Part shown: in pieces, positions 58,367-64,000 of the stretch
Layout of the letters: each line of letters begins with the position of its first letter
Numbering within the stretch: the stretch's first letter is position 1
Assembly (NCBI GenBank): GCA_937881075.1
Contig: CALGFD010000001.1
Coordinates: 53,798-117,797 of the forward strand
DNA: 64,000 nt
Origin: an uncultured Planctomycetales bacterium
GTDB lineage: Bacteria > Planctomycetota > Planctomycetia > Pirellulales > Thermoguttaceae
Direction of reading: 5' to 3'
Program-made: the position numbers and the translations under genes
The notes under the pieces: model-generated
Told to the model about the DNA's origin: nothing
The model's input: the letters and a program-made list of their open reading frames with translations, nothing else
The model's database searches: none

Positions 58367-59496
58367 ACCTGCGCCGTGTGCAAGCGGTCGCCCGCAAGGA
58401 GTTCCTGCACGTCCTGCGCGACTGGCGGAGCCTGTTGATGGCCGTAGCCACGCCGGTTCTGCTGTTGACCTTGTTCGGCTATGCCTTGACGCTCGATGTG
58501 GACAACGTTCCCCTAGCCGTCTGGGATCAGAGCAACACCGAGCGGAGTCGCCAGTTCATCAGCCGCTTCACCGCGTCGCGCTACTTCTCCCTGCGGATGC
58601 AGGTGAACAACTACCGTGACCTGGAGCGAGCGATCGACCAGGGCTGGGTGATGATGGCCTTGGTCGTGCCGCGCGATTTTGCCCAGCGAATCGACGGCGG
58701 CCGCGAGGCGCCGGTGCAATTGCTCGTCGACGGCAGCGATTCCAACACGGCCACGATCGCCATCGGTTATGCGGACGTGATCGCGCAGATCTACTCGATG
58801 GAGGTGCTCGCCGAGCGCAACGACCGGCAAGGGGCGCCGCCGTTGATCATCCCGCTGGACGTGCGGCCGCGAGTTTGGTTCAACGAGGACCTCGAATCGC
58901 GAAACTACATCATTCCCGGCCTGATCGCCGTGATCATGATGGTCATTGCGGCCATGCTGACCTCGCTGACCATCGCCCGCGAGTGGGAGCGGGGGACCAT
59001 GGAGCAGTTGATTTCCACGCCCGTCAAGCCGGGGGAACTGATCCTCGGCAAGCTCGTGCCGTATTTTGCCATCGGCATGTGCGATGTGGTGCTGGCCGTG
59101 CTGATGGGCCAGTTCGTGTTTGATGTCCCACTCCGCGGAAACGTGGCCTTGCTCTTCGGCATGTCGTCGGTCTTCCTAGTCGGCGCCCTGGCGATGGGCA
59201 TGACCGTCAGCATCGTGACCAAGAGTCAATTGCTGTCGAGCCAGATTGCCGTGGTCGCCACCTTCTTGCCGGCCTTCCTGCTCTCCGGCTTCATTTTCAC
59301 GATTGCCAACATGCCGCGGGCGATCCAAATGGTCACCTATATCGTGCCCGCCCGCTATTTCGTGGCGATCTTGAAAGGCATTTACCTGAAAGGCGTGGGG
59401 CTGGAAATCCTTGGCGGCCAGGCCCTGTTGCTGGCGATCTATGCCGCCGTGATGGTGACCCTGGCGCGGGTGAAGTTGAAGAAGAAACTCGTTTAA
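58363..59496 (+). CDS. ABC-2 family transporter permease (YbhS-like)
   Basis: Six TM helices, ABC-2 architecture. Start at the ATG overlapping the upstream stop (ATGA). Confidence 0.8.
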
Positions 59497-59517
59497 TGGC
59501 TAGCCGGAGCCGATCGA

Positions 59518-59546
59518 TTGACCCCTCGGCGGGCACTCTTTAAGAT
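59518..59546 (+). promoter_or_regulatory. candidate sigma70-like promoter for the toxin-antitoxin pair
   Basis: TTGACC-N17-TAAGAT lies 40 nt upstream of the antitoxin ATG. The direct repeat TGCAAA..TGCAAA between the -10 and the RBS (GGGAGG) is a possible operator. Confidence 0.45.
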
Positions 59547-59586
59547 GCAAATAAGGTGCAAAGCAGTTCTCAGAGGGAGGTGAAGC

Positions 59587-59883
59587 ATGCTGGACATCAG
59601 CAGCGATATTCAGCCGTTGTCGAGTTTCAAACGGGACTCCGTCACGTTGATCAACCACTTGAAGCGAACCGGGCGTCCCGTCGTGCTGACGATCAATGGC
59701 AAGGCCGAGGTGGTGGTCCAAGACGCCAAGTCGTATCAGCAGATGTTGGAATTGGTGGATCGGGCGGAAGCAGTGATCGGCATTCGCAAGGGCTTAGCGG
59801 CAATGGCGGCCGGCGAAGGGATTCCCGCGGAACAAGCCTTTGAGAAACTCCGCAAGAAGTATGGCATTGCCCGTAAGCGATGA
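59587..59883 (+). CDS. type II antitoxin, Phd/YefM family
   Basis: 98 aa; RTGRPVVLTINGKAEVVVQDAKSYQQMLE is the typical Phd/YefM fold signature. Overlaps the toxin gene by 4 nt (ATGA). Confidence 0.8.
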   Translation: MLDISSDIQPLSSFKRDSVTLINHLKRTGRPVVLTINGKAEVVVQDAKSYQQMLELVDRAEAVIGIRKGLAAMAAGEGIPAEQAFEKLRKKYGIARKR

Positions 59884-60209
59884 AGTACAAGTTGGTTATT
59901 CAGCCGCCGGCGTTGGCCGACTTGGACTCGGCATATCAGTGGATTGCACGGCGTTCGCCGGTGAGCGCAGCGCGCTGGTTCAATCGATTTGTCGAGGCAG
60001 TGAAGACACTGGAACGATTTCCTGATCGTTGCGGATTGGCGCCAGAAGGCGAACAGATTGGACAGGAGATTCGCCAACTCGTGCACGGCCGCCGCGCAGG
60101 TGCGTATCGGGCGTTGTTCCTCATAAAAGGATGTGAAGTGCACGTTTTGCACATTCGCCACGCGGCACGAGATACCATGACCAGGGAAGATTTCGGAGCG
60201 AATGAGTAG
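59880..60209 (+). CDS. type II toxin, ParE/RelE superfamily
   Basis: 109 aa; YRALFLIKGCEVHVLHIRHAARD in the C-terminal region is typical of ParE/RelE-fold toxins. Confidence 0.75.
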   Translation: MKYKLVIQPPALADLDSAYQWIARRSPVSAARWFNRFVEAVKTLERFPDRCGLAPEGEQIGQEIRQLVHGRRAGAYRALFLIKGCEVHVLHIRHAARDTMTREDFGANE

Positions 60210-60239
60210 GCAGCGGCCAATGCTATCATCGCGTAAACC

Positions 60240-61367
60240 ATGTTCGAACGTCTCAGGCAAATGCTGATCAAGGAGTTCATCCAGGTCTTTCGCGACCCGC
60301 GGATGCGGGTAGTGATCTTCTTGATTCCCTGCGTCCAGGTGTTGGTCATCGGCTACGCCGTCTCCACCGATGTAAAACACGTCCGTACGGCCGTCTACGA
60401 CCTCGACAATAGCCAAGACAGTCGCGATTTGATCGCCCGCTTCGTTCGCTCGGGCTATTTTGATGTCACCGAACGCGTGACCGACGACGACCGCATCCGG
60501 TATCTGCTTGACCACAGCGATGTGAGCGCCGTGCTGCGAATCAATCACGGCTTTGCCAAGGATTTGCAGGGCGGACGGACGGCGCGGCTCCAAGTGATTG
60601 TCGACGGCACCGATTCGAACACGGCCGCGATCGTGGCCAGCTATGCCTCGAAGATCGCCAACGCCTATTCCCAGCAAATCCTCACCGAGCGGATCGAACG
60701 CCGGACCGGGGCCACCGCGATTACCTCGCCGGTCGACCTCCGCACCCGCGCTTGGTTCAATGAGAATCTGGAAAGCCGCAACTTTTTCGTGCCAGGCGTG
60801 TTGGTGATCGTCGTGGCGCTGAGCACGGTGCTGTTGACCAGCATGGCCGTGGTCCGGGAGAAGGAAATCGGCACCATGGAACAGATCATGGTCACGCCGA
60901 TCACCCCGGCCGAGTTCATTCTCGGCAAAACAATCCCCTTCGCGCTGATCGGCTTCGCGGAGGTCTTGCTGGTAACGCTGATTGGCGTGTTCTGGTTCGA
61001 GGTGCCCATCCGCGGCAATTTGCTGTTGCTGCTGTTGGCGACCACGTTGTTCCTGATGAACACGCTCGGCACCGGCCTGCTGATCTCCACCTTCAGTCAG
61101 ACGCAGCAGCAGGCGATGATGACCACGTTCTTTGCCTTCTTTCCGGCGATGCTGCTTTCGGGCTTCGCGTTCCCCGTGGCCAACATGCCCGAACCGGTGC
61201 AATGGCTGACCGTGATCAACCCGATCCGCTACTTCCTGACCATCGTTCGCGGTATCTTTCTAAAAGGCGTGGGGTTGAACATCCTCTGGCCATACATGCT
61301 GCCGCTGCTCTTGATGGGGGTCACGCTGCTATGGGCGGCCGTCAGGCGATTCCACAAGACACTTTGA
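60240..61367 (+). CDS. ABC-2 family transporter permease (YbhR-like), paralogous to the 58363..59496 product
   Basis: Same six-TM ABC-2 architecture; clear sequence similarity to the upstream permease (e.g. WFNE.LESRN...PG..). Confidence 0.8.
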   Translation: MFERLRQMLIKEFIQVFRDPRMRVVIFLIPCVQVLVIGYAVSTDVKHVRTAVYDLDNSQDSRDLIARFVRSGYFDVTERVTDDDRIRYLLDHSDVSAVLRINHGFAKDLQGGRTARLQVIVDGTDSNTAAIVASYASKIANAYSQQILTERIERRTGATAITSPVDLRTRAWFNENLESRNFFVPGVLVIVVALSTVLLTSMAVVREKEIGTMEQIMVTPITPAEFILGKTIPFALIGFAEVLLVTLIGVFWFEVPIRGNLLLLLLATTLFLMNTLGTGLLISTFSQTQQQAMMTTFFAFFPAMLLSGFAFPVANMPEPVQWLTVINPIRYFLTIVRGIFLKGVGLNILWPYMLPLLLMGVTLLWAAVRRFHKTL

Positions 61368-61421
61368 TAGTGGTGAGGGGCTAGTGGTGGGCGGTGCGTG
61401 GCCGGACGAACCCGTACCAAA

Positions 61422-62705
61422 CTACCGCAGCACCAGCATCGCAATGCCGCCGGCGGCGGGAATGGTGAACAGCAGCGTCAGTCGCAACATCAGACGCCAT
61501 CCGCCGAGGAGCCCCGCAATCGCCGTTTTCGAGACTAAATTGGCCAGTGCCGCGACCACCACCATGTGCCAGGCAGTCTGGTCAGGCAGATGGTTGTCGG
61601 CCCACATCCGCGCGGTTGAAAGGGAAATGGCATCCATTTCCGTCAGGCCGGAGAGAAACGACACCGCATAAAGCCCTTCCCCATTCCAGTAGTAACGAGC
61701 AACCGCCATCGCCATCAACACGCCGGCGTAGAGCAGGCCAAACACCAGGGCCGAGGAGAGTTGCGTGGGGTTCGTCTGGTGAAGCGACTGCGGGGCGTCT
61801 TGGCGCCCCATCATCCACACCACCAGCGCCGGCAGCAGCGTCAGCAGCATCAAAATGCCTATCGGGACATAAAGCAGGGCTGCGAACTGGGGCGAGACGA
61901 CAGTCACCGCCAGGACGATGCGGATGTACATCACCGTCGAAGCGATCATGATCACGACCGAGGCCGTTCGGCAGGCACTTCGATCGCCGTCGGCGCCCCG
62001 AGCGTAGCTGACCGTGGTGGCGGTGCTGGAGACGGCGCCGCCGAGGATCCCGCCCAGGAGAATGCCCGCGTTGCGACCGAAGAACTTGTAGCTGATGTAG
62101 CCGGCCAGACTCAGGCCCACGATCAGCACGATCATCAGCCAAATTTCCCGCGGGTTGAGCACATCCAAGGGGCCCGGCGGTTGTCCGACCGTCGGCCAAT
62201 GTCCCAAAAGCACCCCCGGGCCGTAACTCTGGCTGGGCAGCAACGGCAGGATGATGCAGGTGATTAGCACGAACTGCATTATCGCGCGAAGATCGTCATC
62301 GCCCAATCGCCGCGCGATGCCGTGCAACTCGGGTTTGAATTGGAGCAAGACGGCGACGCCGCCGCCAATGGCGATGGCCACCGGGATGGGGCCTACCACC
62401 AGAAAGGCGCCGACGACAAACATCAACAGCATCGCCACGTCGGTGGTCGTCCCGGGATGCGGATCGGGCTTCGGCCGTAACAAGTGGCCGACGACGGTAA
62501 CCGCGATCACGCCCAGCAGCGCGGCCGCCAAAATCCAACCGTCGCCGGTTTGCTTGGCAAGAATGGCCGAAAGACAGCCAAGCACGGTGATCAGCGGGAA
62601 GGTCCGCATGCCGGCAATCCCGCTGGCGGCATGCTCGCGCTGCAGCCCCACCAGAAGGCCCAGCAGAGTGGCGATTCCCAGTTGTTGAAACATTGGCTCC
62701 ATCAC
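61422..62705 (-). CDS. MgtC/SapB-family N-terminal domain fused to a DUF4010 membrane domain
   Basis: Polytopic membrane protein. The N-terminal MgtC-like region is followed by a long multi-TM domain as seen in DUF4010 proteins. Confidence 0.6.
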   Translation of the reverse strand: MMEPMFQQLGIATLLGLLVGLQREHAASGIAGMRTFPLITVLGCLSAILAKQTGDGWILAAALLGVIAVTVVGHLLRPKPDPHPGTTTDVAMLLMFVVGAFLVVGPIPVAIAIGGGVAVLLQFKPELHGIARRLGDDDLRAIMQFVLITCIILPLLPSQSYGPGVLLGHWPTVGQPPGPLDVLNPREIWLMIVLIVGLSLAGYISYKFFGRNAGILLGGILGGAVSSTATTVSYARGADGDRSACRTASVVIMIASTVMYIRIVLAVTVVSPQFAALLYVPIGILMLLTLLPALVVWMMGRQDAPQSLHQTNPTQLSSALVFGLLYAGVLMAMAVARYYWNGEGLYAVSFLSGLTEMDAISLSTARMWADNHLPDQTAWHMVVVAALANLVSKTAIAGLLGGWRLMLRLTLLFTIPAAGGIAMLVLR

Positions 62706-62779
62706 TCCAATTGTAGCATGGAGCCGAACGGTGGCGCGCCAGAGGTTCGGGGTTCAGGGTTCAGGTTCAGGTGGAACTT

Positions 62780-63709
62780 CTAAACCACTTTGAGCACGAT
62801 CTTCCCCCGCGTGTGGCCGGTCTGGCTGAACTCCTGTGCCCGACGGGCCTCGGCCAATGGCAGGATAATCTCCACCTGCGGCCGCAGTCTCCCCTGGTCC
62901 ACCAGGGCGGCAAGCTGACTCAATTGGTCGGCATTCGGTTGCACGAAGACCGAGGCCGCGCGAACGGCGTGGGACGCCGCCTCTTCCGCCGACGGCGGAC
63001 CGAGCACCGAAACAAGAATCCCGCCCCGCCGGAGCACCTGCCAGGATCGCTGCTGCGTATCGCCCGACATGGTGTCGAGCACCACATCGACATCGTCAAC
63101 GACCTCTTCAAATCGCTCCGTCTGATAGTCAACGGCCTCGTCGACGCCGAGTTGCCTGAGCAGGTTGTGATTGCGTCGCGAGGCGGTGCCGATCACGTAG
63201 GCCCCGCGCCACTTGGCCAACTGCACGGCAAAACTGCCAACGCCCCCTGCCGCGGCATGAATCAGCACGCGCTGTCCGCTCTCCAGTTGAGCCGCATCGA
63301 ACAGCGCCTGCCACGCCGTCAGCGCGGCGAGAGGAATCGCCGCAGCCTGGATATGGCCCACGGACTTCGGCTTGTATGCCACTTCGCTCTCGCGGACAAC
63401 GATATATTGTGCATAAGCGCCGTCGCGAGCGATGTCCGGGCGGGCATAGACTTCATCGCCGATCTGGTACCGCTCGGCGCTGCCGCCCCGTGCCCGAACG
63501 ATGCCCGAAAAATCCCAGCCGGGGATGATCGGCAAGTTTCGCGGCAGCATGTTCTTCATGTACCCTTCGCGAACCTTCCAATCGACCGGATTCACCCCTG
63601 CCGCATGGACTTCCACCAGGATTTCTCCTGTCCCGGGATTCGGTCTTGGCACCTCGTCGTAACTGAGCACCTCGGGGCCGCCATACCTGGGAATGCGGAC
63701 GGCCTTCAT
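62780..63709 (-). CDS. NADPH:quinone oxidoreductase / zinc-type alcohol dehydrogenase-like (MDR superfamily)
   Basis: MKAVRIPRYGGPEVL start and a Rossmann AAGGVGSFAVQLAK motif. Start placed at MKAVRIP; the track ORF has a 67-codon 5' extension. Confidence 0.75.
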   Translation of the reverse strand: MKAVRIPRYGGPEVLSYDEVPRPNPGTGEILVEVHAAGVNPVDWKVREGYMKNMLPRNLPIIPGWDFSGIVRARGGSAERYQIGDEVYARPDIARDGAYAQYIVVRESEVAYKPKSVGHIQAAAIPLAALTAWQALFDAAQLESGQRVLIHAAAGGVGSFAVQLAKWRGAYVIGTASRRNHNLLRQLGVDEAVDYQTERFEEVVDDVDVVLDTMSGDTQQRSWQVLRRGGILVSVLGPPSAEEAASHAVRAASVFVQPNADQLSQLAALVDQGRLRPQVEIILPLAEARRAQEFSQTGHTRGKIVLKVV

Positions 63710-64000
63710 GGTGGTTGGCAGTCCCGGTGATTGCTCCGTTTCCTGACTCGTGGCCGTTGCGCTCCCCTCGTTGATCATGGCAAGTCGCTCCTTCTCAATG
63801 CAATCGAATCGAAAAACGCCGCGCTTGACGCCGGCCCCTATTGACCCTCGGATTAGCAATGCAACAAGGGTCATCTTGGAGGGTCCCAAGCCATCCGCCG
63901 TTCCAAGCAAATTCCATGCAACAAGCCGACGGTTTCGAGAGGACGAAAAAAAGCCCCATAATCTCGTGTGCTCCCTGGCCAGTCGCCGACAGGTGGGAGC

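Overview
High-GC (~60-65%) chromosomal window, gene-dense on both strands, with protein families typical of a Planctomycete-like bacterium. Coordinates derived by hand from the printed sequence may be off by 1-2 nt; gene coordinates follow the ORF track. Three parts stand out. (1) The chromosomal replication-origin gene cluster sits on the minus strand: hypothetical 449-aa and 108-aa proteins, a short dnaA, dnaN, a DUF721 protein, gyrB, and an SRAP/YedK abasic-site peptidase close by. (2) A Wzx/Wzy-type polysaccharide locus runs from about 41.3 to 52.8 kb. It contains a GT4 glycosyltransferase, two CelD/FemAB-like GNAT acetyltransferases, a MOP flippase, a NodB deacetylase, Wzz, Wzy and a sulfatase-like protein lacking the C/S-x-P-x-R motif. 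(3) A TetR-regulated HlyD/ABC-2 exporter operon has a Phd/YefM-ParE/RelE toxin-antitoxin pair inserted between its two permease genes. Housekeeping genes are scattered through the window (ettA, lipA, lipB, smpB, hisA, cdsA, plsC, cutA, an EF-G paralog). So are a 1463-aa hybrid histidine kinase preceded by a CheR-type methyltransferase, and an unusual HAD-phosphatase::HerA-like ATPase fusion. The most unexpected non-coding signal is a ~107-nt interspersed element present five times, always in the same orientation and always intergenic. A second ~70-nt palindromic element occurs twice, in opposite orientations; one copy abuts a copy of the first family. I could not support any rRNA, tRNA, CRISPR array, transposase or integrase.
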